A stretch of 64,000 bases of DNA from an uncultured bacterium (GTDB taxonomy: Bacteria; Patescibacteriota; Dojkabacteria; J137): positions 381,511 through 445,510 of the forward strand of contig OY969472.1 of the NCBI GenBank assembly GCA_963700155.1, in the 5' to 3' direction. Position numbers and translations under genes: made by a program. Within the stretch, counting starts at the first letter, position 1; every line of letters begins with the position of its first letter. The notes below the pieces were generated by a model that searched no databases, had not been told where the DNA came from, and worked only from the letters and a program-made list of their open reading frames with translations. This document shows positions 1 to 10,494 of this stretch, piece after piece.

Positions 1-888
1 TTCACCAGTATGCAAAGTATCTTTAAGTCCTGTTATCCAGAAAGGCTGAGATTCATGAACTTCTTCTATATTTTTTTGATTATGATCTAAATAGGCTCGA
101 ACTTTAAAAATCTGATCTTTATCAACTACATATTTTCTTCCATCCAAATTTCCAGATTTCAAAACTGCTAAAGCAACATTTCCGATCCTTTTATCCAAAT
201 TCGATTCTAAAACAAATGCTTCACCTAAAGTTCCAGGCTTTACAGCGCTTGGTTTAAGTTCATGAATCTCAGCCAACAATTGAATCCCCTCCAATAATTC
301 CCTTAAACCAGTCTTATTTTTTGCAGAAACTTCAAATGACAAAACATCTCCACCATATTCTTCAACTGCAACTCCATAACTTGATAGTTCAGTTTTTATT
401 TTTTGTAAATTAATTCCTTTTAAATCAACTTTATTAATTGCAACAATAATTGGAACATTATCTTTATGTGCAAACTCAATAGATTCTTTTGTTTGTGGCT
501 GAACTCCATCATCTGCAGCTACAACTAACAAAACAAAATCAGTAACTTTTGATCCTCTTTCTCTCATTTTCGAAAATGCTTCGTGTCCTGGAGTATCAAT
601 GAATGTAATTTTAAATCCGGAGTCTGTTACGACTTCATGAGCTCTAGTGTTTTGAGTAATTCCACCAGCTTCTTTTGCTGCGACACTAGTACCTCGAATT
701 GCATCTAGTAAAGAAGTCTTTCCATGATCAACATGTCCCATAACAGCAACAACCGGTGTTCGAACAACAGCACCCGTTGGATGCTGAGCTTCTACTTTTA
801 CAAGTTTATTTTCGGCTTTTGTTTTTAAAGTTTTAGTAACTGTTTTTTTTGTATTTTTTGCAGCTTTTGCTGCTGGCTTTTTTGGCAT
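1..888 (-). CDS. infB: Translation initiation factor IF-2 (runs off the left edge)
   Basis: Manual translation MPKKPAAK...RTPVVAVMGHVDHGKTSLLDAIR...EAGGITQ...FIDTPGHEAF...VAADDGVQPQT; not in the ORF track. Confidence 0.97.
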   Translation of the reverse strand, partial: MPKKPAAKAAKNTKKTVTKTLKTKAENKLVKVEAQHPTGAVVRTPVVAVMGHVDHGKTSLLDAIRGTSVAAKEAGGITQNTRAHEVVTDSGFKITFIDTPGHEAFSKMRERGSKVTDFVLLVVAADDGVQPQTKESIEFAHKDNVPIIVAINKVDLKGINLQKIKTELSSYGVAVEEYGGDVLSFEVSAKNKTGLRELLEGIQLLAEIHELKPSAVKPGTLGEAFVLESNLDKRIGNVALAVLKSGNLDGRKYVVDKDQIFKVRAYLDHNQKNIEEVHESQPFWITGLKDTLHTGE

Positions 889-961
889 TTATATAACTCT
901 GTTAATAAAATTCGACTCAGAATTTTAACATAGAATCCCTAATTGTTATAGGAAGGAAGGA

Positions 962-1579
962 TTAGGCTTCGCGTTTGTTCAAGATATCATCAATGAAATC
1001 AATTATATACGCCCTAGCAGAATAATATCTTTTAACAAATTCACCTCTATAGCCCTGTGGTACATTTTTATTATCAAATGCCATTACTTCTATATCAATT
1101 TCACTTGTCTGTGTTAATCTTAATTTTAATTCTTCAAATAAACCTCTTTTTTGTAAATCTTTGTAATTTTCCTTAACTATTTTCTCCCTAAAAAATGGCA
1201 CCTTCCCAGAAATTATAGATGCTTCAGCATTCCCTTCGCTATCAATTGCCTCAATGAGATTAACTAAAATATTATTTAATGATGTGATCAATAATATTTC
1301 TGGGAAATATAGTACTTCTGCGCTTAATTCGTCGATTAGATTATCTGTATAAAAATGGTCTCTTGTTCCGCACATAACAAAATCTTCTAAATAACTTTGT
1401 AATTTTCTTAATAAATCCACTTCTTTTAAATCTGAACTCTCAGTTTTTAAATTTTTAAGATTATCTTCTAGTTCTTTGAAATCCACCGCTAAAGCGTCAA
1501 AATATTCTTGGCTAAATTCTGGAATTTCTAATACTCCTTTGATTTGTGTAACATCCATTTTTGAATTATTCATTTGCAA
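962..1579 (-). CDS. Hypothetical acidic protein
   Basis: 205-aa ORF, no recognised motif. Confidence 0.6.
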   Translation of the reverse strand: MQMNNSKMDVTQIKGVLEIPEFSQEYFDALAVDFKELEDNLKNLKTESSDLKEVDLLRKLQSYLEDFVMCGTRDHFYTDNLIDELSAEVLYFPEILLITSLNNILVNLIEAIDSEGNAEASIISGKVPFFREKIVKENYKDLQKRGLFEELKLRLTQTSEIDIEVMAFDNKNVPQGYRGEFVKRYYSARAYIIDFIDDILNKREA

Positions 1580-1700
1580 TACTAAGATACTTATTTATGG
1601 ATTATACAATAAGAATTTAAGAAGTTAATAAAAAAACATAGATCTAACTTATGCTAGAATCTAGCTTGTTAACAATAACCTACTTCTTAAAAATTTAAAT

Positions 1701-2330
1701 ATGGATAAAATGCACAAACAAATACTTGCAGTTAAATCTAGTGATATACAAGAGATTTTAGATCAAGCTTTAGAAAACGGTGGATTTACTCCATTCACAA
1801 GCCCCGATCAATATCATGAATTATTATCAAACAGCATAATAAAAGAGCGAGGTCCTTTAGAAACAGACCCTTCATACAAACAAATTATTCCATATATGGT
1901 AGGAAAATTCGGAGATGAAATTTTATTTTATATTCGAACTGATAAAGGTGGAGATTCAAGGCTTCATAGAAAAATGTCTATCGGAGTCGGTGGACATATT
2001 GAGCCACAGGATCTTGGAGCAGGTGAAGCTATTGAGAAAGCGTTAAGACGAGAAGTAAAAGAAGAGCTACCTGACAATGAACTTATGGAATTAAATCCTT
2101 TAGGCTATATTTATATTGAAGGTGATGAAGTTGATGGAGTTCATATTGGTATTTTATTTGTTGGTAAACTAAAAAACAGAAGCATAGAAGGGGAAGAAGA
2201 AGAACTGGAAACCATTGACTTTGCTGGTCCCAATAGAATTTCTGAAATGATTGATACTAATGAGTTTGATGCTGAAAACTGGACAAAAGTTGCCTGGAAC
2301 AAAGCTAAAGATCTTATAATTGAAGGTTAA
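1701..2330 (+). CDS. NUDIX-family phosphoesterase
   Basis: ETDPSYKQIIPY, SIGVGGHIE and Nudix box ALRREVKEE. Confidence 0.85.
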   Translation: MDKMHKQILAVKSSDIQEILDQALENGGFTPFTSPDQYHELLSNSIIKERGPLETDPSYKQIIPYMVGKFGDEILFYIRTDKGGDSRLHRKMSIGVGGHIEPQDLGAGEAIEKALRREVKEELPDNELMELNPLGYIYIEGDEVDGVHIGILFVGKLKNRSIEGEEEELETIDFAGPNRISEMIDTNEFDAENWTKVAWNKAKDLIIEG

Positions 2331-4558
2331 ACATACTCAAGCAATAAAGCGAGGGATTTTGTCTCATAATTATTTTTTTGAACAAAATCCCTCGCACTCA
2401 TTTTCATTTTTTCTCGAAGCTCACTATCCTTTAACAACTTATCAACAGCATCTGCAATTGTTTCGGGTCTATTATCTTCAATCTTCATGACTTCATCTTC
2501 AAATTCTGTAAACTGAGTAATATCAGTAACGATAGCTGGATTTAACGAATTAATTCCTTTTCTTACTGCCCCACTAGCTGATTCACCAGCATCTGAATAA
2601 ACGAATAAATTTACATCTGTTGCCTGTAACACTAAATTAATAACTTCATCATCTAAAAAATCAGTAATAATTGCTGTATTTTCTTCAAGATTTTCTTGTT
2701 TAATTAAATCTTTAATCTGATCATAAATTCCCTGGGCAAAAATATTATTTGAACTAATTGCAGAAAGGCTTATAAAAAATATTGATGGATGCTTCTCTTT
2801 TAATATTTTTACAGCTTTAATAATTCGATCTATTCCTTTATTTCTATTCATTAATCCATGAGTTGCAATTACAGGATAATTTTCAGAGATTCCTAGCTTT
2901 TCACGAACCCTGTTTTTATTACTTCGCTTTAACTGCAAGATTGGATGTATAAATAGCTCAGCATTTTTCAAAGTTTGAGAAGCATATTCAAAATCCTTCT
3001 TATTATGAATAAATACTTTATCAGCAAGTTTTAATTCTTTACATTCTTTAATAAAATCAAAATTATCTCCTCTAACTGCATGCAAAGTTACATAAACTTC
3101 AATATTTCTATTCTTTAATTCTTGAATTAATCCACATAAACTCTCAGGAGAAAACATTGCTCCAGAATGATATTGAATATGAATCAAATCAATTGGATTT
3201 TTATCAAGCCAGCTTTTTAATAAATTAAAATCTTTCTCGCCAGTATGCCATAGTCTTAAGACATTTAAATCATCTTTTCTTTGTCTATCAGCCAAATCAA
3301 TATTTCCAAAATAATAAAAAGATTTGAATGAGTTTTCTATTTTTGAATAAAGATCAAAAGTATAATCTGCAATTCCTGTTTCATCATTAACAAAAGAAAT
3401 AACAGCAGCATTTTTATTTTTTAATTCCACAGTTTTTTCAAGCGACTTTATAAAATCTAAAGCTAGTTTTGCTGAATTATCCCAAGTAATCTTCTCTGCC
3501 CGCTCTTTAGCTATCAAAATTTTCTGATCCCTTTCCTCACTTATCTGATCACCAATTTCTATTTCATATAATTCTCGCATTAATTTTTGAAGATGTTCCT
3601 GATCAGGTTCAGCCCATTTTGCTCCAATATTTGCGAATTCTGAATCACTTGCATATTCAAGCTTATAATCAATCATATATGCAGAATCTTCATCACAGAA
3701 ATCTAAATATCCGCTATAATTTGTAGCTATAATTGGAACTTCGTTATACATACTTTCCAAAATAGGAAGACCAAAACCTTCAGCACGAGAAGGATATACT
3801 CCACAGTCAGATTGCTGTATTAAACTTGTTAACTCTTCTTCTGTTAAATCTGGATTATTAATATGGATAACTTCGGGTGAATTTTCAGTACTAAGTTCGT
3901 TCAATAATTGATCAACTGTATTGTCAGGACCTGGAAAGCTTTTTATTATCAAAGTTACATCATCTTTGCTGGTAAATTCTTCAAAATATGCTTTTAAAAG
4001 TACATCAACTCCCTTTCGTTTTTTAGCTGTTGAGATATGAAGGAATTTAAAAGATTTATCAGTTTCAATCGGATATTGTTTTTGAGGCGGCAACTTCATT
4101 TTGTCATCCATTGCGTTTGGAACAACAGTTATCGGGACTTTAACACCTGAGTCTCTCAAAATCCCCCGGACAAATGAAGTTGCCGCCATCACTCCATGCA
4201 AATTTTCATTAATTTCATCCACCCATTGGCTTGGATAAACCGATTCTTCCCAAGCAATATACATAATTTTTATTAATCCGGCTAAATCTTTCAATCCATG
4301 GCTGCTGTCTAAAGTCTTTGGGAAGTTATTATAAATCACAACGTTTGGTTCAAGAGATTTATTATCAACGAGTTTTTTTAACTCTGGTTTACTTTTTAAT
4401 TCAACTTCTGTTGGTTGATAGTCAATTTTTTCAGGATCACAATATAAGCTTATTTTATATTCATCTTGAACTTTATCGAGACCAAAAGCTAAACCACGAT
4501 TGACTCGAGCGTAACTGTAATTTGAAAAATATGGACCGTAAACCTGAATTTTTTTCAT
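2327..4558 (-). CDS. Double GT4 (GT-B) glycosyltransferase
   Basis: RKGVDVLL, PSRAEGFGLPILE, second unit with NKGIDRII and ESASGAV; probable start MKKIQV at 4558. Confidence 0.88.
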   Translation of the reverse strand: MKKIQVYGPYFSNYSYARVNRGLAFGLDKVQDEYKISLYCDPEKIDYQPTEVELKSKPELKKLVDNKSLEPNVVIYNNFPKTLDSSHGLKDLAGLIKIMYIAWEESVYPSQWVDEINENLHGVMAATSFVRGILRDSGVKVPITVVPNAMDDKMKLPPQKQYPIETDKSFKFLHISTAKKRKGVDVLLKAYFEEFTSKDDVTLIIKSFPGPDNTVDQLLNELSTENSPEVIHINNPDLTEEELTSLIQQSDCGVYPSRAEGFGLPILESMYNEVPIIATNYSGYLDFCDEDSAYMIDYKLEYASDSEFANIGAKWAEPDQEHLQKLMRELYEIEIGDQISEERDQKILIAKERAEKITWDNSAKLALDFIKSLEKTVELKNKNAAVISFVNDETGIADYTFDLYSKIENSFKSFYYFGNIDLADRQRKDDLNVLRLWHTGEKDFNLLKSWLDKNPIDLIHIQYHSGAMFSPESLCGLIQELKNRNIEVYVTLHAVRGDNFDFIKECKELKLADKVFIHNKKDFEYASQTLKNAELFIHPILQLKRSNKNRVREKLGISENYPVIATHGLMNRNKGIDRIIKAVKILKEKHPSIFFISLSAISSNNIFAQGIYDQIKDLIKQENLEENTAIITDFLDDEVINLVLQATDVNLFVYSDAGESASGAVRKGINSLNPAIVTDITQFTEFEDEVMKIEDNRPETIADAVDKLLKDSELREKMKMSARDFVQKNNYETKSLALLLEYV

Positions 4559-4565
4559 TAGAAAA

Positions 4566-5336
4566 TTACTTACCAAAAATAATCTCAGAAATTTTATCCC
4601 CAATAAGCAAAGTTACATTTCTAAACCTTTTATCATAAGAATGATAAAGTTTAAAATTTATCCCATAATCCTCCATTTCTGACTTCTTTATTAACCCTAT
4701 TATTGATTCATCTGTGGGAGCTAGATCATCAACAAAAGATTTTACAGCTTCTATTGGGAATCCTGACAATATTCCAGTTAAAATATCTCTTCTCCTTTTA
4801 TCATCAGTATTTCCTTCGCCAAAATTCCAGATATCGATTTCATTCATCCAAGCCAAAACGGATTCTTTATCTAAATTTGGTATCTTAATTTCATTAAGCT
4901 CGAGATATTCTCTAACAACTGGACTAGATAAAGTATATATTATTGCATTAATATTTATTAAACAATAAAATTTATTTGCTTTAGTAGATTTTTCTAGCAG
5001 AATAAAATTACCCTCACCGTATTGATTTAATAAATCAATTAGTTCATCCTTAATATTTATTGTTGATTTATCTATGTTTGTAGTAGGTGTAAATCCTGAA
5101 AAGGCATGGAGAATTGAAGTTTTCATAAAATGCTCTTGAACTGTTGCTTTAAAATGTTCAGTACTATGATCATATATATTTTTAAGAACCCTTAGTGACT
5201 GTTCCAAAAGCTTACATCTATCAAGTGTCATTATCTCTAAAAGCTCTTTTTTATGATTTTTAAAAAAGTTGTCACTCCAAAACTCATCCCCAAAAAAGTT
5301 TTCAAGATATTTATCTGCATCTTCTATCTTATCCAT
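4566..5336 (-). CDS. Hypothetical protein
   Basis: 256-aa ORF; its ATG overlaps the TAA of the duplicated yraN tail (TAATG). Confidence 0.65.
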   Translation of the reverse strand: MDKIEDADKYLENFFGDEFWSDNFFKNHKKELLEIMTLDRCKLLEQSLRVLKNIYDHSTEHFKATVQEHFMKTSILHAFSGFTPTTNIDKSTINIKDELIDLLNQYGEGNFILLEKSTKANKFYCLININAIIYTLSSPVVREYLELNEIKIPNLDKESVLAWMNEIDIWNFGEGNTDDKRRRDILTGILSGFPIEAVKSFVDDLAPTDESIIGLIKKSEMEDYGINFKLYHSYDKRFRNVTLLIGDKISEIIFGK

Positions 5337-5442
5337 TAATTTAAATCAATAAACTTAAAGTGTTCGATACTGAACTTGTTTTCATTATCATACACTATCC
5401 CCACAAAATCCAGCCTCCAGGGCGTTTCAAGTTTATTATTTT
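5334..5442 (-). repeat. Direct-repeat copy of the yraN 3' end (gene fragment)
   Basis: 105/109 nt identical to 8429-8537; encodes NNKLETPWRLDFVGIVYDNENKFSIEHFKFIDLN* with no in-frame start. Confidence 0.95.
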
Positions 5443-5649
5443 CCCATAATCTTAATTTAAGACATTATCTTTTAAAAATATTATGGAGAAAATAATTAAA
5501 ACATGTTGTTACAAATTATGCTTACACACTATCTGTTAGTATAATCGAGTTTCAAGGATTGCCAAGTAACATGTCTTCAACTCTTTTGCAAAATATTATA
5601 TACTATATTAGCAACTTCCTCAGTAAATATTTATAACTAAGATTAAATT

Positions 5650-7986
5650 TTGACAGTAATTCAAAAACAAGCTCATAATGTTACTCATACAAGTGACAAA
5701 AACTTAACACCAGCAAAAAAAGCTCAATATGATCTTGAGACGTCTGAATTACGCTATCGAAGGTTGTTTGAAACCGCACAAGATGGGATTTTACTTATAG
5801 ATTTTGATACAGGGATGATCCTTGATGCCAACAAGTTCTTAATTGACTTGTTAGGTTATTCTAAGAAAGACTTTTTAGAAAAACATCTTTGGGAAATTGG
5901 CATTTTTAAAGATATTGCTGCTTCTAAGGAAAATTTTTCAACACTTCAGAAGAAAAGATATGTTCGCTTTGAAGATTTGCCCCTTGAAACAAAAAGTGGA
6001 GGTAAAATTTATGTTGAATTTGTAGCTAACGCTTATCAGGTTGATGGGGAAACGATAATTCAATGCAATGTGCGAGATATTACAGACCGTAAAAAAGCAG
6101 AAATATTACTTAAGGAAAATCAAGAAATGCTTAACGAGTCCCAGAGAATAGCTGGGTTGGGAACTTATGTACTTGATATCCCAGCTGATCACTGGGAAAG
6201 TTCTAAAGTTCTTGATACTTTGTTTGGTACAGACAAATCATATAATACTACAACTTCTGGTTGGACAAATCTTATTCATCCTGATGATAGAAAAATGATG
6301 ACAACTTATTTTAACAATGAAGTTATCGAAAAAAGGAAGTCATTTGATAAAATATATCGAATTGTTCGGCATAATGATCATGCAGTTCGATGGGTACATG
6401 GATTAGGTAGATTAGTATTCAACTCTCAAAATAACCCAATAAAAATGATTGGAACAATTCAGGATATTACCAAGCAAAAACTAGCTGAACAAGCTTTAAA
6501 AGAAAGTGAGGATAAGTTTTCCAGGATCTTTGAAAGTTCTCCCTATGCAGTTGTAATTACCAATATTGAGGATGGAAAGTTTATAAATGTTAACAAAGCA
6601 TTTACAACTATATCTGGAGTCAGCCGTGAAGAAGCACTCGAGAGTACAACACTAGATTTGGGAATTTGGGCGAATAAAGAAGATCGAACTCGTGTGCTGA
6701 AAGAACTTAAAACAAAAGGATCTTTAGATAATGTGGAATTTCCATTCAAGACAAAGACTCATGGTTTACTTACTGGGCTTTACTCTGCTCGACTAATCGA
6801 AATTAATGGTAAAACTCATATTTTATCTAGTATTGCTAATATAAGTGATCTTAAACACGCACAGGAGGAAATTGAAGATTTAGAAAAAAGGAATGAAGCA
6901 ACATTATCTTCCATAGGGGACGCAGTATTTTCATGTGATAAGAATGGGAAGATTCTGGTTTTTAATCGAGTTGCCGAAAAGTTAACTGGGATTTCTGCTC
7001 CACTTGCAATAGGTCGCAGATACGATAAAGTAATTACATTTGTAAATGAAGTAGATGAAAAACCTGTAGGGGACTTTGTCTCTGATATATTAAAACGGAA
7101 TAAGGCCATTAAAAAGCTAAGTCATACATTATTGATAACTAAGAGAGGGGAGAAGATTCCTGTTGCCAACTCTATCGCCCCTGTCAAACGTCCATCAGGA
7201 GAGGTTGTTGGCTGTGTTGTTTCTTTCCGAGATATAAATATGGAACGAGAAATAGATAGAGCTAAGACTGAATTTGTTTCAATTGCCTCACACCAGCTCC
7301 GAACACCTCTTACAGCAGTCAGTTGGTACTGCGAAATGTTACTTACTGATAAAAGTGGTGAACTTAATAGCAAACAAAAGATTTATGCAACAGAAGCTTA
7401 TAAAGCAAACAGAAGGATGTCTTCTCTACTTGACGCACTTTTAAATGTTTCAAGATTAGATATGGGAACTTTTATGGTTGAACCTAAACTAACAGATATT
7501 AAAAAAGTTGTAAAAAACTCAATAAAAGACCTTAACCCATTAATAAGTAAAAAGAAAATTAAACTGATAGAAATGTATGATGAGAAGATTGATAAAGTTA
7601 AAATTGATCCTGCTCTTTTATCCATTGTTATTCAAAATCTTCTCAGTAATTCTGTGAAATACACTAAGGTTGGAGGTAAGATTAATTTAATTACTGATAA
7701 AAAAGATAAGGATATGATTATTTCGGTAGAAGATAATGGTATAGGTATTCCTCAAGATCAACAATCAAGAGTTTTTTCTAAACTCTTTAGAGCAGATAAT
7801 GTTATGCAGGTTGATCCTAATGGAACTGGTTTAGGGCTTTATATTGTAAAATCAATTCTTGATCGCTCAGGTGGGAAAATTTGGTTTGAATCTAAAGAAG
7901 ATAAAGGAACCAAATTTACAATTTCTTTACCGTTAAGCGGTATGATCAAAAAGAAAGGTACAAAACAACTAATACAAAATGAATAA
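5650..7986 (+). CDS. Cytoplasmic multi-PAS sensor histidine kinase
   Basis: About four PAS/PAC repeats, H-box ASHQLRTPLT, N-box NLLSNSVKY, DNGIGIP, GTGLGL. Confidence 0.95.
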   Translation: MTVIQKQAHNVTHTSDKNLTPAKKAQYDLETSELRYRRLFETAQDGILLIDFDTGMILDANKFLIDLLGYSKKDFLEKHLWEIGIFKDIAASKENFSTLQKKRYVRFEDLPLETKSGGKIYVEFVANAYQVDGETIIQCNVRDITDRKKAEILLKENQEMLNESQRIAGLGTYVLDIPADHWESSKVLDTLFGTDKSYNTTTSGWTNLIHPDDRKMMTTYFNNEVIEKRKSFDKIYRIVRHNDHAVRWVHGLGRLVFNSQNNPIKMIGTIQDITKQKLAEQALKESEDKFSRIFESSPYAVVITNIEDGKFINVNKAFTTISGVSREEALESTTLDLGIWANKEDRTRVLKELKTKGSLDNVEFPFKTKTHGLLTGLYSARLIEINGKTHILSSIANISDLKHAQEEIEDLEKRNEATLSSIGDAVFSCDKNGKILVFNRVAEKLTGISAPLAIGRRYDKVITFVNEVDEKPVGDFVSDILKRNKAIKKLSHTLLITKRGEKIPVANSIAPVKRPSGEVVGCVVSFRDINMEREIDRAKTEFVSIASHQLRTPLTAVSWYCEMLLTDKSGELNSKQKIYATEAYKANRRMSSLLDALLNVSRLDMGTFMVEPKLTDIKKVVKNSIKDLNPLISKKKIKLIEMYDEKIDKVKIDPALLSIVIQNLLSNSVKYTKVGGKINLITDKKDKDMIISVEDNGIGIPQDQQSRVFSKLFRADNVMQVDPNGTGLGLYIVKSILDRSGGKIWFESKEDKGTKFTISLPLSGMIKKKGTKQLIQNE

Positions 7987-8383
7987 AAAAATTTTAATAA
8001 TTGAAGATGATCTTCCTCTTTTAAATGTTCTAGATGAAAAGATCAGTGGTTCAGGTATTGAAGTTCTAAGGTCTACAAATGGGAAAGAAGGCTTAGAGTC
8101 AGCAATAAGAAATCATCCGGATTTAATTTTACTTGATATCGTTATGCCAATTATGGATGGTATGATGGTTCTTGAGAAATTAAGAGATGATAAGTGGGGA
8201 AAAACAGCTAAAGTAATACTTTTAACAAATCTTTTGGATACAGAAAAAGTTATAGAATCACGATCTAAAGGAGTTCGTGATTATCTTTTAAAAGCTGACT
8301 ATACTCTTGATGATATTGTTAAAATGGTAAAAAGAAGACTTAAGATCCGTAAAAAAACTAGTACAAATGATTTCACTAAGTAA
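7979..8383 (+). CDS. Single-domain response regulator
   Basis: ILIIEDD, PDLILLDIVMP, LTN, YLLKA; overlaps the kinase stop. Confidence 0.93.
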   Translation: MNKKILIIEDDLPLLNVLDEKISGSGIEVLRSTNGKEGLESAIRNHPDLILLDIVMPIMDGMMVLEKLRDDKWGKTAKVILLTNLLDTEKVIESRSKGVRDYLLKADYTLDDIVKMVKRRLKIRKKTSTNDFTK

Positions 8384-8428
8384 TTATACTATTAGATTTT
8401 GGAATTAGTTTCCTATTTGGAACTTTTT

Positions 8429-8537
8429 CATTAATTTAAATCAATAAACTTAAAGTGTTCGATACTGAACTTGTTTTCATTATCATACACTATCCCCACA
8501 AAATCCAGCCTCCAAGGAACTTCAAGTTTATTATTTT
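8429..8537 (-). repeat. yraN 3' end, second copy of the 109-bp direct repeat
   Basis: Matches 5334-5442 at offset 3095. Confidence 0.95.
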
Positions 8538-8790
8538 TAAGAAGCCATTTATTTATTGTATTTTTGAGCCTATGTTTTTTAGTTTTTGAAAGTGTTTCGT
8601 AGATTGTGATTACTGCATCTGATCCAAGACTTTTAACTTCAATAAAGACAATAAATTCTTGATCTTGCATAATAAGATCAATTTCTCCGCCTTTAAAGAA
8701 GGAGTTTTTGCTCATAAATTTATATCCATTTTGTTGCAAAAACTCCGCAGCAATTTCTTCTGATTTTCTTCCTTTAGATCGTGTGTCCAT
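8431..8790 (-). CDS. yraN: YraN (UPF0102) family endonuclease-fold protein
   Basis: GRKSEEIAAEFL, GEIDLI, VFIEVK, WRLDFV. Confidence 0.92.
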   Translation of the reverse strand: MDTRSKGRKSEEIAAEFLQQNGYKFMSKNSFFKGGEIDLIMQDQEFIVFIEVKSLGSDAVITIYETLSKTKKHRLKNTINKWLLKNNKLEVPWRLDFVGIVYDNENKFSIEHFKFIDLN

Positions 8791-8883
8791 TGGCAGATTA
8801 TAACAGGATATCTTAATTCATTAATATTGTAAGCAATAAAACAATAATGTAGAATTCACTATCTATCTATTACATTATTTCCT

Positions 8884-9366
8884 ATGACACCTGAACTAAA
8901 TAAATCTTCTATAGAGAATATTGAAGAATATAAAAGTAAACTTATGCAATTTGCTGATGAATTGGATAGACTTTCAGATACAAACGTTGATGCAGCAACA
9001 GTGGCTAAAATATTGTATGGAGAACCTGCTATAGTAACATTAATCCCAATTATTTTGGCCATGGGAGGAATTCCATTATCAATGTTCTCTGAAGAACTAA
9101 AAGGTTTTATATTAGAAAATGGAGTAAAGGTAGGAGAAGCATCTCTTTTTATAGTTATATCTCAATTGCTGACTCTGCATGAATTATCAGATAAAGACAT
9201 AACATTGACTGAGAATCTGAACAAAGGTGTTAATGATACTTTTGGTAATAGTGCTATAAAAACTAACGCTGATGATTATAAAGATTTGAAAAACTTAAAG
9301 TTGAGTACTTTTGTTTTACCAAAATTAGCATCTGTTGTCAGAAGATTAGCCTTATCATTAAAATAA
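8884..9366 (+). CDS. Hypothetical membrane protein
   Basis: 160-aa ORF with hydrophobic segments. Confidence 0.55.
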   Translation: MTPELNKSSIENIEEYKSKLMQFADELDRLSDTNVDAATVAKILYGEPAIVTLIPIILAMGGIPLSMFSEELKGFILENGVKVGEASLFIVISQLLTLHELSDKDITLTENLNKGVNDTFGNSAIKTNADDYKDLKNLKLSTFVLPKLASVVRRLALSLK

Positions 9367-9387
9367 TATACTTTTTAAATTTCTTCT

Positions 9388-9783
9388 ATGAGTTTTCAAA
9401 CAAATATTTTATCTAAAACTGCAGAGAATGATTTCTTCAGGCAAGTATTGTTCACAGGAAGTAAAAGTCAGCTGGTTGTTATGAGCATTGAACCAGGTGG
9501 AGAAATTGGGGAAGAAACTCATGAACATGTTGAGCAAGTTCTTTTCAATCTTTCAGGAACCGGTAAAGTTGTTTTAGATGGAGTCGAAAGTGAGTTTGAT
9601 CCAGGGGACGTAGTTGTAGTAACTCCAGGTACAAAGCATAATTTTATAAATACAGGAACAGAGAAATTAAAAATTTATACTATCTATGCTCCACCTAATC
9701 ACATTGATGGTAGAGTTCATAAAACTAAGGCTGATGCTGAAGCAGATGTTGACGATGAAGAATTCGGGCATAAGGTGGAGTAA
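9388..9783 (+). CDS. Cupin domain protein
   Basis: GGEIGEETH, VTPGTKHNFIN, IYAPPNH. Confidence 0.9.
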   Translation: MSFQTNILSKTAENDFFRQVLFTGSKSQLVVMSIEPGGEIGEETHEHVEQVLFNLSGTGKVVLDGVESEFDPGDVVVVTPGTKHNFINTGTEKLKIYTIYAPPNHIDGRVHKTKADAEADVDDEEFGHKVE

Positions 9784-9787
9784 AATA

Positions 9788-10186
9788 TTATCCTAAAAGC
9801 AAATTCCCGTTAATACTCACTGATTTATATTTTAATAAATGTTTGTCATAAGTAATGATTTTCATTTTATTTTTTTTAGCAAGATAATATAGATGTGCAT
9901 CATCAAAATCCAAATTCTTCTTTATAGTAATAGCATAAATATCAACCAGCTCTTCATTAGTAATTTGAATAACTTTACATTTTTTAAGTAATAAACTAAT
10001 AAAAACCTCGAGTTTTTCTAATTCAATATGTTTTCTGTACGCTACAAGGAATAAACTTTTTAATGAAAAATCAGTTATATATAAGTTTCCTAAGTTATTG
10101 AGAATATCCGCAGAATTCATTGCATTATTTTGTGCAAGAATAATCTCAAGGGGAATATTTGTGTCTATTAAATATTGGGTTTCCAT
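9788..10186 (-). CDS. PIN-domain (VapC-like) toxin
   Basis: YLIDTNI, LDFDDAH, ITYDKH acidic PIN motifs. Confidence 0.85.
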   Translation of the reverse strand: METQYLIDTNIPLEIILAQNNAMNSADILNNLGNLYITDFSLKSLFLVAYRKHIELEKLEVFISLLLKKCKVIQITNEELVDIYAITIKKNLDFDDAHLYYLAKKNKMKIITYDKHLLKYKSVSINGNLLLG

Positions 10187-10467
10187 GCTTCATCAATCTC
10201 TTTATTTATGTCTATTTTCTTTTTATTTGGATTTGCCATTCCAATAAAGTCTTCAAAATTTGTATATTTTTGTTTACATGACTTCGATTTTGTAGAAGGT
10301 TTTTTGACTCCCCATTTTTCTAAAAAATCAGCATAGCTTATCAAAACCGATTTTGGTTCATCATGATTAGTTATAATAACTGGAGTTTCTGTACTTACAT
10401 CTAAGTACTTTGAGAATCCATCTCTAACAACAGAAACATTTTCTTTTATATATTTATTTTTTGCCAT
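10168..10467 (-). CDS. Phd/YefM-family antitoxin
   Basis: VRDGFSKYLD...PVIITNHDEPKSVLIS; overlaps the toxin start. Confidence 0.85.
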   Translation of the reverse strand: MAKNKYIKENVSVVRDGFSKYLDVSTETPVIITNHDEPKSVLISYADFLEKWGVKKPSTKSKSCKQKYTNFEDFIGMANPNKKKIDINKEIDEAWKPNI

Positions 10468-10494
10468 ATGAAAATATTATCATAATATGGCGCT

